NCBI GenBank assembly: GCA_047602405.1
Contig: JASGHJ010000002.1
Span: 1,280,001-1,344,000, forward strand
DNA: 64,000 bases
Reading direction: 5' to 3'
From: Anaeromyxobacteraceae bacterium
Lineage (GTDB): Bacteria > Myxococcota > Myxococcia > Myxococcales > Anaeromyxobacteraceae
The notes beneath the pieces were generated by a model. It was not told the DNA's origin. It did no database searches and was given only the letters and a program-made list of their open reading frames with translations. How positions within the stretch are numbered: position 1 is the first letter of the stretch; each line of letters opens with the position of its first letter. Position numbers and translations under genes: made by a program. Shown here one piece after another: positions 23,369 through 33,504 of this stretch.

Positions 23369-25948
23369 TCACGCCGGGAAGTGCGGTCGGACCCCGTCGA
23401 GGATGCCGGCGAGCCTCGCCGCGCCGCCCTCGGCGAGCGCGACCTTGCCGTCCTTCGCCGCGAGCACGCCCTGGGTGGTGAGCCAGGCGATCGCGTTCTC
23501 GAGCGTGGCGCGGGAGAGCGCCTCGCGGAGCGCGACCCGCCCGGAGAGGAAGTCGGCGCGGCCGCGCTCCTGGACCTGGCCGACGAGCGCCCTCCTCTCG
23601 ACGGGCGCCGCGCCCTCCGCGCCGAGGAGCGCCTGCACCGCCTCGCCGGTGAGCCGGTACGCCTCGAGGTACGCGCGGATGAACTCGGCGAGGAAGGCGA
23701 GGTGGCCCTGCTCCTTCCCGGGGGCGAGCCGGTACGCCTCGCGCGCGACGGCGCCGATGCGCTCGAGGAAGGAGAGGTTCCAGTCGAAGATCTCGTCGAA
23801 CGTCGCGCCCGGCCGGTACATGAACTCGAGCTTGAAGAGGCGGGAGAGGAAGAGCGCGCGCTCGTGGGCCGCGTCGAGGGTGGTCGAGCCGCCCCCCGCC
23901 ACGATCGCGGCCGAGACGAGCGCGGGCGCGACGAAGCGGTGGATGACGGCGTTGCGGTGGTAGTCGAGGACGAGGCGCTTGTCGTCGGGGACGATGTAGA
24001 TGGTCTCGCCGGCCGCCACCTCCACCGTCACGAGCCCGCCGGCGGCGAGCACGCCCACCGCGTCGGCGATCGGCCCCTCCTCGCGCGGATCCGACGGCGC
24101 GCCGGCGAGGTCGCGTGCGAAGCGGGCGCCGCCCTCGGCGGCGATGTAGCGCAGCAGCTCCACCCGGCGCGCCACCTCGGGCGCGCCGAGCCCGCGGCGG
24201 GCGTGGGAGAGCAGGGTGGCCGCCACGAGCCCGATGGGGGTGACGGTGACCGCGCGGCTGATGCCGTACGCGATGCGGTTGCCGAGGGCCTGCACGAGCT
24301 GGCGCTTCGCCTCCGCGGGCGCGCCGCGCATGCCGGGCGCGAGCGGCGGGGCGAGCGCGGCGGTGGCCTCGCCGCCGCTCCAGGCCTCGTCGAGGGTGAG
24401 GGCGCTCGCGCGCTCGCCGAGGCGCTCCTCGGCGACCTGGCGCAGGGAGATGGGCTCCTCGAACTGCACGTAGAGCCGCTGGTACCGGCGCAGGAGGACC
24501 TTCGCCGAGCCGAGGAGCGCGCCGAAGGACTCCTTCTGCTTCTCCGCGCCGGACAGCTCGCGCACGTAGCTCGAAGCCTCGATGAGCCGCTCGTAGTCGA
24601 TGGAGACCGGGACGAAGACCACGTCGTCGGCCGCGCCGTCGAGCCAGGCGTCGACCTCCATCGAGATGAGGCCGGTCTTCGGGAAGAGGAGCTTGCCGGT
24701 CCGGCTGCGGCCGCCCTCCACGTAGAACTCCTGGGGGAAGCGCTCCTTGAGGAGGTGCTTCACGTAGGCGCGGAGCACCGCGGTGTAGATCTTGTCGCCC
24801 TTCACGGTGCGGCGGATGAAGAAGGCGCCGCCCTTGCGGGCGATCCCGTCGAACGGCCAGAACGCGAGGTTGATGCCCGCGGCGATGTGCGGCGGGGTCA
24901 TCCCGTTGTCGAAGAGCAGCCACGAGAGGACGAGGTAGTCGATGTGGCTCTTGTGGCTGGGGCAGAGCACGATCGGCCGCTCGGCCGCGAGCTTCTTCAG
25001 CCGCGCGAGCCCGGCCTCGTCGACCTCGACCGAGGTGTAGAGCCGGCCGAAGACCCAGGCGAGGAAGGCGCGCGCGACCTGCACGAGGCGCGGGTCGTAG
25101 CGGGCGGAGATCTCGGCGAGGTCCTTGCGCGCCTCGGCCTCGACCGCCGCCGGCGCGCGGCCGGACTCGGCGGCGACGGCCTCGATCGCGGCCCGCAGCG
25201 TCCGGTCGCGCAGCACCTTCTCGCGCACCCGCGACGGGGTCTTGAGCCGGGGCCCGACCGCGGTGCGGAACTGGCGGGCGAGGTGCTGGTGGAGCGCGCC
25301 GCGCGCCTTGCGGGCGATGACCGCGTCGGGCTCCGCGCCCTCCTGGACGACGGCCACCGAGAGGTCCAGCGCGCGGCCCACGTTGAAGAAGGCCTGCCGG
25401 AAGCTGCGCAGGAAGGAGAGGGCGGTCGCGAACGGCGTCGGCGCCTCCGCCGAGCCGTAGAGGATGTCGGCGGCCGTCGGGCGGAGCTTCTGCGCGCGCA
25501 GGCTCCACACGAGCAGCACCGGGACGAGGAAGATGGGCGCCGGGCGGGCGCGCTGCAGCTCCACGAGGAGCGGGAACGGATCCCGGGGGCCGCGCCCGCC
25601 GAGGAAGACCACGGCGCCCTCGCCGCGCGACACGGTCTCCGAGAAGGCCCGGCGCGATCGCCACACCCGCGCGATCCAGCCGCGGAAGCCCGGGAAGCCC
25701 TGGGCGGCGCGCAGGGGCGGGAGGCCGTTCCGGTGCAGGAACCAGCGCAGGTACAGGAAGTTGAGCAGGCCCGGGGCCCGCATCACGTAGACGAGGCTGC
25801 CGCGGGCGGCGAGCGCGCGGAGCTCGTCCGGCGCGTCGCGGGTCACGCGGATCGGAGCGAACCAGCGATCGAGGAAGGCTCGAGGTGCCGCGGGCGGCGG
25901 CGCGCCCGCGGCGCGGGCCTGCGGAGGGGACCCGGGGGCGTCCGTCAC
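23369..25948 (-). CDS. plsB: Glycerol-3-phosphate acyltransferase (PlsB-like)
   Basis: PSHKSHID (HX4D), GAFFIRR, FYVEGGRSRTG, FVPVSIDYE. Start approximate. Confidence 0.85.
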   Translation of the reverse strand: MTDAPGSPPQARAAGAPPPAAPRAFLDRWFAPIRVTRDAPDELRALAARGSLVYVMRAPGLLNFLYLRWFLHRNGLPPLRAAQGFPGFRGWIARVWRSRRAFSETVSRGEGAVVFLGGRGPRDPFPLLVELQRARPAPIFLVPVLLVWSLRAQKLRPTAADILYGSAEAPTPFATALSFLRSFRQAFFNVGRALDLSVAVVQEGAEPDAVIARKARGALHQHLARQFRTAVGPRLKTPSRVREKVLRDRTLRAAIEAVAAESGRAPAAVEAEARKDLAEISARYDPRLVQVARAFLAWVFGRLYTSVEVDEAGLARLKKLAAERPIVLCPSHKSHIDYLVLSWLLFDNGMTPPHIAAGINLAFWPFDGIARKGGAFFIRRTVKGDKIYTAVLRAYVKHLLKERFPQEFYVEGGRSRTGKLLFPKTGLISMEVDAWLDGAADDVVFVPVSIDYERLIEASSYVRELSGAEKQKESFGALLGSAKVLLRRYQRLYVQFEEPISLRQVAEERLGERASALTLDEAWSGGEATAALAPPLAPGMRGAPAEAKRQLVQALGNRIAYGISRAVTVTPIGLVAATLLSHARRGLGAPEVARRVELLRYIAAEGGARFARDLAGAPSDPREEGPIADAVGVLAAGGLVTVEVAAGETIYIVPDDKRLVLDYHRNAVIHRFVAPALVSAAIVAGGGSTTLDAAHERALFLSRLFKLEFMYRPGATFDEIFDWNLSFLERIGAVAREAYRLAPGKEQGHLAFLAEFIRAYLEAYRLTGEAVQALLGAEGAAPVERRALVGQVQERGRADFLSGRVALREALSRATLENAIAWLTTQGVLAAKDGKVALAEGGAARLAGILDGVRPHFPA

Positions 25949-26049
25949 GGCGCGCAGTCTACCCCGAGGACGCTCCGTGGCGCGGGTCGCGGCACGAGGC
26001 CGCGCGCCCACGGGTCACGCCGCGCTGCGTCGTAAGCGGCGCGGACGCT

Positions 26050-26795
26050 TCAGCCGAGCTTCTTCACCCGGCCCTCGCGGTCGAGGTGGTACGGCGGGGC
26101 GATCAGGGCCTCCACCGACGGCCGGTGGCCCTTCACGTCGGCGCCCATCGTCGCGAGCGCCTCGAAGACCTCGCCGCGGACGCGCGCGTTGTCCTTGTCG
26201 CGCAGGAGGAGCGCGATGAGCGCGTCGCGGGACGCCTCGCCGCGCGAGGCCACCGCGAGGCCGCGGGTCGCGAGGATCCGGACGTCGTCGGAGAAGTCCT
26301 CGAGGAGCGGCAGGAGGGCGGCCTCCACCTCGGCCGCGGGCGCGCCGGCGTGGTGCTCGCGCAGCCAGGTGAGGAGCGTGATCTTCTTGTCGGGGTCGCG
26401 CACGTACTCGCGCCCGAGCTTCGTGAGCTCCTTCAGGACGACGCCGAGCAGGCGGTCGGGCGCGGACTCCTGGAGGACGCGCAGGCCCCAGGAGACGCCG
26501 TCCTCCTGGCCGTGGATGAACGCCTCGACCGAGGGGACCGCCCGGTCCCCCGCGGCGACGAGGAGGCGCTGCGCGGTCTCCTTCTCCTCCTGGTCGGTGA
26601 TGCCGGGCTCCGAGAAGATGGTGAAGCGCAGGCAGAGGGTCGCGTAGGCGCCCGGCGTGTCGAGCTCGCCGAGCTGGTCGATCGCCTTCTGCCGGTTCTC
26701 GGGGGGGCCGTACTTCTCGGTGACCTTCTTCCCGAGCTTCTCGAGGGTGCTCCTCTCCCGCTCTCCTTCGACCCGAACAGCCCGAACAGTGCCAT
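26050..26795 (-). CDS. HEAT-repeat-like protein (one base apparently missing near 26765)
   Basis: MALFGLFGSKE start in one frame. Continuous helical-repeat frame from ~26760 to stop 26050 (DFSDDVRILA, NARVRGEVFEAL). Length 746 = 3n-1. Confidence 0.7.
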
Positions 26796-26826
26796 GGCGA
26801 GAGATGCCCTCCGGTGGGCCACGTGT

Positions 26827-27813
26827 TTACAACGAGATCCCCGCCCGCGGATCGGCGGAATAGAGCTCGGCGAGGGCCCTGGCGGCCTTCTCGAGCGCGG
26901 GGCCCTTCGGGGGCAGCACGATCTGGACGACGGCGTAGAGGTCGCCGCGGGCGCCCCCACGGAGGTCGGGGAGGCCCTTGCCGCGCAGGCGCAGCTTCGT
27001 GCCCGAGGAGGTGTTCGGCGGCAGGCCGAGCGCCACGGGGCCCTCGAACGTGGGCAGCCGCACCTCTCCGCCCGCGATCGCCTCCGGGACCGTGACCGGG
27101 AGGTCGACGTAGAGGTCCTTGCCCTCCCGGCGCACGTGCGGGTGGGGCTCGAGCTTCACGCCCAGCAGGAGGTCGCCGGCGGCGGCGCCGCGCCCGCCCG
27201 GGCGGCCCTGCCCGGCGAGCCGGATCTGCGAGCCGTCGAGCACGCCCGGCGGGATCTTCACGCGCAGCGTGCGGCCGTCCACGCGCACGTCCCGCTGGGC
27301 GCCGAGCACGGCGTCGCGGAGCGGGACGGCGAGCTCGGCCTCGACGTCCTGGCCGCGCGCGGGCGCGCCCGCGGCGCCGCCGAAGGGGCCGCCCGCCGGG
27401 CCGCCGGCGCCGCCGCGGCGGAAGAGGTCGCCGAAGATGGAGCCGAAGTCGAAGGAGCCGTACTCCCCGACGTCGACCCGCGAGAAGTCGCCGAAGTCGA
27501 AGGGCACCCGGCCGCCCGCCGCCCCGCGGCCGCCCCCGTGGGCGCGCCAGCGGCGCACCTCCTCGGCCCGCTTCTCGTCGAACCCGGTCCGGAGGGCGTC
27601 CGGGCCGAACTCGTCGTAGAGCTTGCGGCGCTTCGGGTCGGAGAGGACCTCGAACGCGGCCGTGACCTCCTTGAAGCGCTCCTCGGCCTGGCGGTTCCCC
27701 GGGTTCATGTCCGGGTGGAACTGCCGGGCGAGGCGCCGGTAGGTCTTCTTGATCTCGGCGTCGCTCGCGGTGCGGGCGACGCCCAGGATCTCGTAGAGAT
27801 CGCGCTCTGGCAC
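26827..27813 (-). CDS. DnaJ-class chaperone (CbpA-like, no zinc finger)
   Basis: J-domain with HPD, G/F-rich linker, DnaJ C-terminal domain. Confidence 0.92.
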   Translation of the reverse strand: MPERDLYEILGVARTASDAEIKKTYRRLARQFHPDMNPGNRQAEERFKEVTAAFEVLSDPKRRKLYDEFGPDALRTGFDEKRAEEVRRWRAHGGGRGAAGGRVPFDFGDFSRVDVGEYGSFDFGSIFGDLFRRGGAGGPAGGPFGGAAGAPARGQDVEAELAVPLRDAVLGAQRDVRVDGRTLRVKIPPGVLDGSQIRLAGQGRPGGRGAAAGDLLLGVKLEPHPHVRREGKDLYVDLPVTVPEAIAGGEVRLPTFEGPVALGLPPNTSSGTKLRLRGKGLPDLRGGARGDLYAVVQIVLPPKGPALEKAARALAELYSADPRAGISL

Positions 27814-27889
27814 CCGGGCAAGGTAACGCGCGTTCCGCGACAGTCAAACGCGCGGCGTCACGCGGGGCCGGCTCGCATAGAATAGTCCC

Positions 27890-28534
27890 GTGATCCCGCT
27901 CCTGCTCGCCGTCCTCGCCGCCCAGCCCGCGCCGCCCGGAGGTGACGTCGTCGAGGAGGTGGTGGCGGTGGTCCGCAACCCGGCGGGTTCGCCGCCCCGG
28001 CTCGTGACCCGCACGAAGCTCGAGGAGGAGGCGCGCATCGCGCTCGTCTCGCGCGGCGCGGTCGAGGCCGCGGTGAGGCCGCTCGACGCCCCGGCGCTCG
28101 CGGCGGCCCTGCAGTGGCTCCTCGACGAGACCCTGGTCGCGGACGAGGCGGCGCGCCTGAGGCTCGACGACCTCGACCGGGACACGGTCGACCGCGAGGT
28201 GGCGCGCTTCGCCGCGCGGTTCCCGGCACCCGCGGAGTATCGCGCGTTCCTCGCCCGCGCCGAGCTGCCGGAGGAGGAGCTCGCGGTGACGCTCGCGCGC
28301 GGCCTCAAGGTGCGCCGCTACCTCGAGTCGCGGGTGGGCCGCGCCGCGCGGGTGAGCGAGGCCGACGTCGACCGCGCGCTGGCGGCGCGCGGCGCGGCCG
28401 GGGCGTCGCCCGCCGTGCGCGAGGCCGTCCGCGGGGAGCTCGCCGAGGCCGCGGCGCGCAACCAGGTGGCCGCGCTCGTCGCCGAGCTCCGGGCGCGCGC
28501 CGACATCCGCGTCCTCAGGGAGCCGGGCGCGTGA
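27890..28534 (+). CDS. Secreted hypothetical protein (SurA N-terminal-like)
   Basis: Signal peptide, VVEEVVAVV start and LRARADIR end typical of SurA-like chaperone domains. TAGAAT just upstream. Confidence 0.6.
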   Translation: MIPLLLAVLAAQPAPPGGDVVEEVVAVVRNPAGSPPRLVTRTKLEEEARIALVSRGAVEAAVRPLDAPALAAALQWLLDETLVADEAARLRLDDLDRDTVDREVARFAARFPAPAEYRAFLARAELPEEELAVTLARGLKVRRYLESRVGRAARVSEADVDRALAARGAAGASPAVREAVRGELAEAAARNQVAALVAELRARADIRVLREPGA

Positions 28535-29025
28535 GGCGCCCCGTCCCCCCGCCGTCGCCGTTCCGGTTCCGCCCGATGCGGCCGGCCGACCTCGACCGCA
28601 TCGTCGAGATCGAGAAGGAGGGCTTCCTCCACCCCTGGTCGCGCGACCTCCTCGAGCGCGAGATGTCGCATGCGTGGTCGCACGTCCTCGTGGCGCTGGA
28701 GGCCTTCGAGGAGGCGGGGCAGGGCGACCCGATCATCGGCTACGTCGTCTTCTGGCTCGTCCACGACGAGGTCCACGTGCTGAACCTCGGCACCGCGCTC
28801 GCCGCCCGGCGCCGCGGCGTGGGCCGGGCGCTCATGGAGGAGGCGCACGCCACGGGGCGCAAGCGGGGGGCCGCGCTCTCCACGCTCGAGGTGCGGCGCT
28901 CGAACCTCGCCGCGCTCGCGCTCTACCGTGACCTGGGGTACCGGCAGGTGGGGGTGCGGCCGAACTACTACGCCGAGGAGGGGGAGGACGCGATCGTGAT
29001 GGTGCGCGACCTCACGATCGGCTAG
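28531..29025 (+). CDS. rimI: Ribosomal-protein-alanine N-acetyltransferase
   Basis: EVHVLNL, RRRGVGRAL, LEVRRSN...LY...G...RPNYY...EDAIVM. Confidence 0.9.
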   Translation: MRRPVPPPSPFRFRPMRPADLDRIVEIEKEGFLHPWSRDLLEREMSHAWSHVLVALEAFEEAGQGDPIIGYVVFWLVHDEVHVLNLGTALAARRRGVGRALMEEAHATGRKRGAALSTLEVRRSNLAALALYRDLGYRQVGVRPNYYAEEGEDAIVMVRDLTIG

Positions 29026-29040
29026 ACACTCCGGCCCCGC

Positions 29041-30153
29041 ATGTTCCTCTGGCCCGCCCTCCGCTGGTCCCTCTTCCGGCTCGATCCCGAGCAGGCGCAC
29101 GCCGTCGCGGCGGCCGGCCTGCGCGCGATCCCGCTGCCGGTCGCGCGGGCCGTGCGGCCGCGGGCGCCGGAGGCGCTCCGGACGCGCTGCCTCGGGCTCG
29201 ACCTCGAGGGGCCCATCGGGCTCGCCGCGGGCTTCGACAAGGGCGAGGTGTTCCTGCCCGGGCTGTTCGCGATGGGCTTCTCGCACGTCGAGATCGGCAC
29301 CATCACCCCGCGCCCGCAGCCCGGGAACGACCGGCCCCGCGCGTTCCGGCTCGTCGAGCACAAGGCGCTCATCAACCGGATGGGCTTCAACAACGACGGC
29401 GCGGAGGCCTGCGCCGTACGCCTCGAGCGGCTGCCCCGCGCCGCCCGCCTCGGCGCGGTGGGCGTGAACGTCGGCAAGAACAAGGTGACGCCCAACGAGG
29501 AGGCGGCGGCGGACTACCTCGCCTGCATCGACCGCCTCCACGCGGTGGCCGACTACCTCGTCGTGAACATCTCGTCCCCCAACACGCCGGGCCTGCGCGC
29601 GCTGCAGGAGGCGGACAAGCTCGCCGCGCTGCTGCAGGCGTGCGTGACCCGCGTGCGCGAGCGGTCGCCGGGGAAGGCGCTCCTCGTGAAGCTCGCGGCC
29701 GACCTGCCCGCGCAGGCCCTCGACGAGGCGGTCGACGTCGCGCTCTCCGCGGGCGTGAGCGGGCTCATCGTGAGCAACACCACGGTCTCGCGCGCCGGCG
29801 TCGAGCGCCACCCGCGCGCGACCGAGGCAGGCGGCCTCTCCGGAGGGCCGCTCTCCGCGTCGGCCACCGCCGCCGTCCGCCGCTGCGCGGCCCGGGTGGC
29901 GGGGCGCGCGGTCGTGGTCGGCTCGGGCGGCGTCATGAGCGCCGCGGACGCCTACGCGAAGCTCCGGGCGGGGGCGAGCCTGGTGCAGGTCTACACGGGG
30001 TTCATCTACGGCGGCCCGACGTTCGTCGCGGACCTCCACCGCGGCATCGCCCGCCTCCTCGAGCGCGACGGGTTCTCGACCGTCGGCGAGGCGGTGGGCG
30101 CAGACCTGAGGGGTGAGAAACCCACCCCGGGGATGGTCACGGCAGGGGCCTGA
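29041..30153 (+). CDS. pyrD: Dihydroorotate dehydrogenase (quinone, class 2)
   Basis: GLAAGFDK, INRMGFNN, NISSPNTPGLR, GGLSG. Confidence 0.96.
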   Translation: MFLWPALRWSLFRLDPEQAHAVAAAGLRAIPLPVARAVRPRAPEALRTRCLGLDLEGPIGLAAGFDKGEVFLPGLFAMGFSHVEIGTITPRPQPGNDRPRAFRLVEHKALINRMGFNNDGAEACAVRLERLPRAARLGAVGVNVGKNKVTPNEEAAADYLACIDRLHAVADYLVVNISSPNTPGLRALQEADKLAALLQACVTRVRERSPGKALLVKLAADLPAQALDEAVDVALSAGVSGLIVSNTTVSRAGVERHPRATEAGGLSGGPLSASATAAVRRCAARVAGRAVVVGSGGVMSAADAYAKLRAGASLVQVYTGFIYGGPTFVADLHRGIARLLERDGFSTVGEAVGADLRGEKPTPGMVTAGA

Positions 30154-30232
30154 GCTGACGTTCCACCACAGGTCGGCTGCGACCCGGGACACCCCTCGAG
30201 ACCCGGCGAGTGGGGGACCCTACTCTCGGTCT

Positions 30233-30261
30233 TTGACGACGCTAACGCGCCGCGTTAGGTT
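30233..30261 (+). promoter_or_regulatory. Sigma70-like promoter TTGACG-N17-TAGGTT overlapped by palindrome CTAACGCG-C-CGCGTTAG
   Basis: Read directly from the sequence. Palindrome at 30242-30258. Confidence 0.6.
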
Positions 30262-30312
30262 GGCCTCGACGGCGACGACCGCCGGTCAAAAACTTCCGTC
30301 GAGGTGGTCAAC

Positions 30313-30774
30313 ATGGCGAACTCAAGGGCGACGAACGGGCGGACGGCCGCGATGGGCGACCTCTTCAAGGATCAGGTGATGACCGCCCAGGCCAGGGTCG
30401 AGGTGCTCGAAGGTGAGGCGAAGCGGGTGCTCGAGGATCTCATGGCCAGGGGACGTGAAAGCCGCCGCGATCTCGAACATTTGTTGCAGCGGCTGTCGAG
30501 GCAGGACTGGTCGTTCCCGGAGGTCCGGGAGCGCATCACGAGGCTCAAGGGGCAGGGCGTGGAGCTCCGCGGCAAGGCGGAGGCTTTCAGGGCGGAGGCG
30601 GTCGAGCGGGTGATGGAGCTGCAGGGCCGGGCCATCCAGTTCCTCGGGGCAGCCTCCCGGGATCAGGTCGATGAGCTCTCGCGCGAGCTGGACAAGCTCG
30701 CCCGCCGGCTGGACCGGGCGGAGTCGAAGCGGGGCAAGAAGGGCTCGACGAAGCCGTCGAGCCGGGGCGTCTAG
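30313..30774 (+). CDS. Coiled-coil hypothetical protein, phasin-like
   Basis: Helical, with LGAASRDQVDELSRELDKL resembling phasin/PhaF C-terminal helix and a basic tail. Confidence 0.55.
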   Translation: MANSRATNGRTAAMGDLFKDQVMTAQARVEVLEGEAKRVLEDLMARGRESRRDLEHLLQRLSRQDWSFPEVRERITRLKGQGVELRGKAEAFRAEAVERVMELQGRAIQFLGAASRDQVDELSRELDKLARRLDRAESKRGKKGSTKPSSRGV

Positions 30775-30801
30775 GGCGGTCGGTAGAGAAAGGGAGGCGG
30801 A

Positions 30802-31500
30802 GTGAGGAGACCGGGACTCAGAGGGGTGATCGGGGCGATGGTGGCGGCCGGCGCGTTCGCCGTCGCGCTCCTCGCCCCCGCGCACGCGGGGGAGGGGCCT
30901 CGGCCGCTCGCGCCCGCCGAGCGGGGCCCCTCCGCGTGCCCGGCCCGCGGGTGCGACCCCGCGCCGGCCGGCTTCCTCGCCGACCTCGAGCGCGAGGTCG
31001 CCTCCCGGATGCCGGCCCTCGACGCCGCCACCCGTCGCGCGCTCGCGCGGACGGTGCTCGCCGAGTCGCGCCGGGCCGCCATCGACCCGCTCCTCGTGCT
31101 CGCCCTCATCGAGGTCGAGTCCTCCTTCGAGCCCGACGCCCGCTCGAACCGGGGCGCCCAGGGCCTCATGCAGCTGCGCGAGGAGACGATGCGCGCCGAG
31201 CGCGAGCGGAGCGGCCTGCCGCCCGCGGACCCCGCGGATCCCATCGCGAACGTCCAGTCGGGCGTGCGGTACCTGCGCCGGCTGCTCGACTCCTTCGAGC
31301 GCGAGGACGTGGCGCTCATGGCCTACAACGCGGGGCCGAACCGGATCCTCGGCTACCTGCGCGAGGGCGGGGTCCCGGACCGCTTCCACGCCTACCCCCG
31401 CAAGGTCCGCTCCGAGCTCCGGCGCCTGCGCCGCACGCTCGGGCCGCCGCCGCCGGCGTTCGCGGCGGCGGGCGGGGCCGACGCCGCCCAGGCGCGCTGA
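30802..31500 (+). CDS. Lytic transglycosylase (SLT domain)
   Basis: IEVESSF, GAQGLMQL, ALMAYNAGP. Confidence 0.9.
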   Translation: MRRPGLRGVIGAMVAAGAFAVALLAPAHAGEGPRPLAPAERGPSACPARGCDPAPAGFLADLEREVASRMPALDAATRRALARTVLAESRRAAIDPLLVLALIEVESSFEPDARSNRGAQGLMQLREETMRAERERSGLPPADPADPIANVQSGVRYLRRLLDSFEREDVALMAYNAGPNRILGYLREGGVPDRFHAYPRKVRSELRRLRRTLGPPPPAFAAAGGADAAQAR

Positions 31501-31527
31501 GCGCCCGCGGGTTATCGAAGCCAGCGG

Positions 31528-32161
31528 ATGCGGGTCACCGAGATCTTCCACAGCCTGCAGGGCGAGGGCACCCGGGCCGGGCGCCCCTGCGCCTTCGTCC
31601 GGTTCACGGGCTGTGACCTCCGCTGCGGCTACTGCGACACCGCCTACGCCTTCCACGGCGGCCGGGAGCTCTCCCGCGAGGAGATCCTCGCGGAGCTCGC
31701 CCGCTGGCCCACCCGCCTCGTGCTCCTCACCGGCGGCGAGCCGCTCCTGCAGCGGGAGCTGCCCGAGCTCGCGCGCGACCTGGTCGCGCGCGGCTACGAG
31801 GTCACCGTGGAGACGCACGGGCAGCGGCCGACCGAGGCGCTGCCGCCCGAGGTGATCCGCATCGTGGACGTGAAGACGCCGGGCTCCGGCGAGGCGGCGA
31901 CCGACCTCGCCTACCTCGACGCCCTGCGCCCCCACGACGAGGTGAAGTTCGTCGTGACGGGCGAGGAGGACTTCCGCTGGTCGGTCGACGTCGCGCGGCG
32001 CCACCGGCTCGAGGGGCGGGTGGAGCTCCTCTTCTCCCCGGTGTGGGACCGGGTGAGGCCCGCCGAGCTCGCGCGCTGGCTGCTCGAGAGCGGATTGAAT
32101 GCCCGGCTCTCGCTCCAGGTCCACAAGGTGATCTCGGGGAGCCGACGTGCGCGGCGTGTAG
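31528..32161 (+). CDS. queE: 7-carboxy-7-deazaguanine synthase, radical SAM (apparent +1 frameshift near 32135)
   Basis: EIFHSLQGEG, CDLRCGYCDT, TGGEP, LQVHK. Removing one C restores the end HKVIWGADVRGV-TAG at 32159-32161. Confidence 0.88.
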
Positions 32162-32220
32162 CCGGGCCCGGGGAGCCCCGTCCTTGACGCGCCCCGCCGT
32201 GCGGGGCTACCAAACGAGCG

Positions 32221-32844
32221 ATGCGCGCACTCCTGCTCCTCGTCGCCGCCGCGGCGCTCAGCGCCGGCGGAGCCGCGCGCGCGGGCCCCGCGGTCACGCT
32301 GAACGGCGTGCCCATCGACGGCGTGACCGGGCAGAAGATCGAGAACGCGACCGTCGTCATCGACGACCGGGGCGACATCCACATCACCGCGAAGGGCTAC
32401 GCGGTCCGCTCCGACGAGCCGGCTCCCGCCACCGCCCGCGCCGCCCCGGTGCCCGCCGGCGGCGCCCCCGTGCCGGCCGCGCCCACGGCGCCCGCCGCGG
32501 TGACCCGCCGGTACTTCCTCGCGACCGAGCACGCCGCGCCGGGGACCGGGTTCGACCTCGCCATCTTCATCAACTCGCAGTGGATCCGGGAGGTGAAGGC
32601 GAACGAGCCGCAGGTGGTCATGGAGATCACGAAGTACCTGCGGCCGGGCCAGAACCGCCTCGTCCTCTCCGCCACCCGGAAGGGCGACCGCCCCTCCACC
32701 TCGAAGGACGTGACCTTGCGGGTCGTGGTCGGGGAGGGGAACATCGGCGGCGACCACGTGATGATCGACGAGACGCTCGTGGAGGCCGTCCGCACCGCCG
32801 CCGAGGAGAGCCGCAGCGAGGAGTTCGTCGTCCAGGCCCGCTGA
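32221..32844 (+). CDS. Secreted hypothetical protein
   Basis: Signal peptide, host-like codon usage, two beta-rich domains with Pro/Ala linker. Confidence 0.75.
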   Translation: MRALLLLVAAAALSAGGAARAGPAVTLNGVPIDGVTGQKIENATVVIDDRGDIHITAKGYAVRSDEPAPATARAAPVPAGGAPVPAAPTAPAAVTRRYFLATEHAAPGTGFDLAIFINSQWIREVKANEPQVVMEITKYLRPGQNRLVLSATRKGDRPSTSKDVTLRVVVGEGNIGGDHVMIDETLVEAVRTAAEESRSEEFVVQAR

Positions 32845-32857
32845 GCCCGAGGAGCGC

Positions 32858-33490
32858 ATGTTCCACCCCGAGCCGACCCTCACCTGGGTGCCCGCCACGA
32901 AGGACCAGATCGTGGCGATCATCGAGAGCATCAACCAGCCGCAGGTCTCGATCCCGGGCAAGCCTCCGCAGACCGTCACCGGGCACCTGTGCGCGCTCCG
33001 GAACGCCAACGGCACCTTCTCCATCTACGTCGCGCTCCACGTGCCCCGCACCGGCGAGAACGTCGTGTACGTGCACGAGCGGCGGCAGGTGACGCTCGAG
33101 GAGTACCGGGACGTCGAGATCGAGGGGCTCCAGTTCCTCGAGTCGATGGGCTTCATGCTCGACAACCTGAACTTCCGCAACCTCGCGGCGGACGTGCAGG
33201 AGCAGACCATCCGGCGGATCCCGCTCTTCGGCGGCCGCCCCGCGGGGCGGCCCGCGCCCGCGCAGCCCGCGAAGACCGCCATGGGCGTGCCGGCGATGGG
33301 TCAGACCGGGATGATGCCGGCGATGAGCGCCGCCTTCCCCCAGATCAGCTCCACCTCGCTCGGGATCCCGGCCCTGGCGGCCCCGGCGCTCGCGCCCGCC
33401 GCGCCGGCCCCGGCCCCGCCGCCGTCCGCCTCCCCCGCGCTGGGGCCGCGCGAGGCCTCCGCCCTCGCCCGGCTGCTCGCCTCCTTCTGA
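32858..33490 (+). CDS. Hypothetical protein upstream of tgl
   Basis: RBS GAGGAG. Globular N-domain (FLESMGFMLDNLNFR), low-complexity linker, C-terminal LARLLASF. Confidence 0.78.
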   Translation: MFHPEPTLTWVPATKDQIVAIIESINQPQVSIPGKPPQTVTGHLCALRNANGTFSIYVALHVPRTGENVVYVHERRQVTLEEYRDVEIEGLQFLESMGFMLDNLNFRNLAADVQEQTIRRIPLFGGRPAGRPAPAQPAKTAMGVPAMGQTGMMPAMSAAFPQISSTSLGIPALAAPALAPAAPAPAPPPSASPALGPREASALARLLASF

Positions 33491-33504
33491 GGTCCACCCG
33501 ACCG

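Noticed and set aside
19910..26035. Very long alternative ORFs (e.g. 2041 aa, 1888 aa, and many similar across the window)
   Set aside because: Arg/Gly/Ala/Pro-rich shadow frames expected in very high-GC DNA. They overlap well-supported genes.
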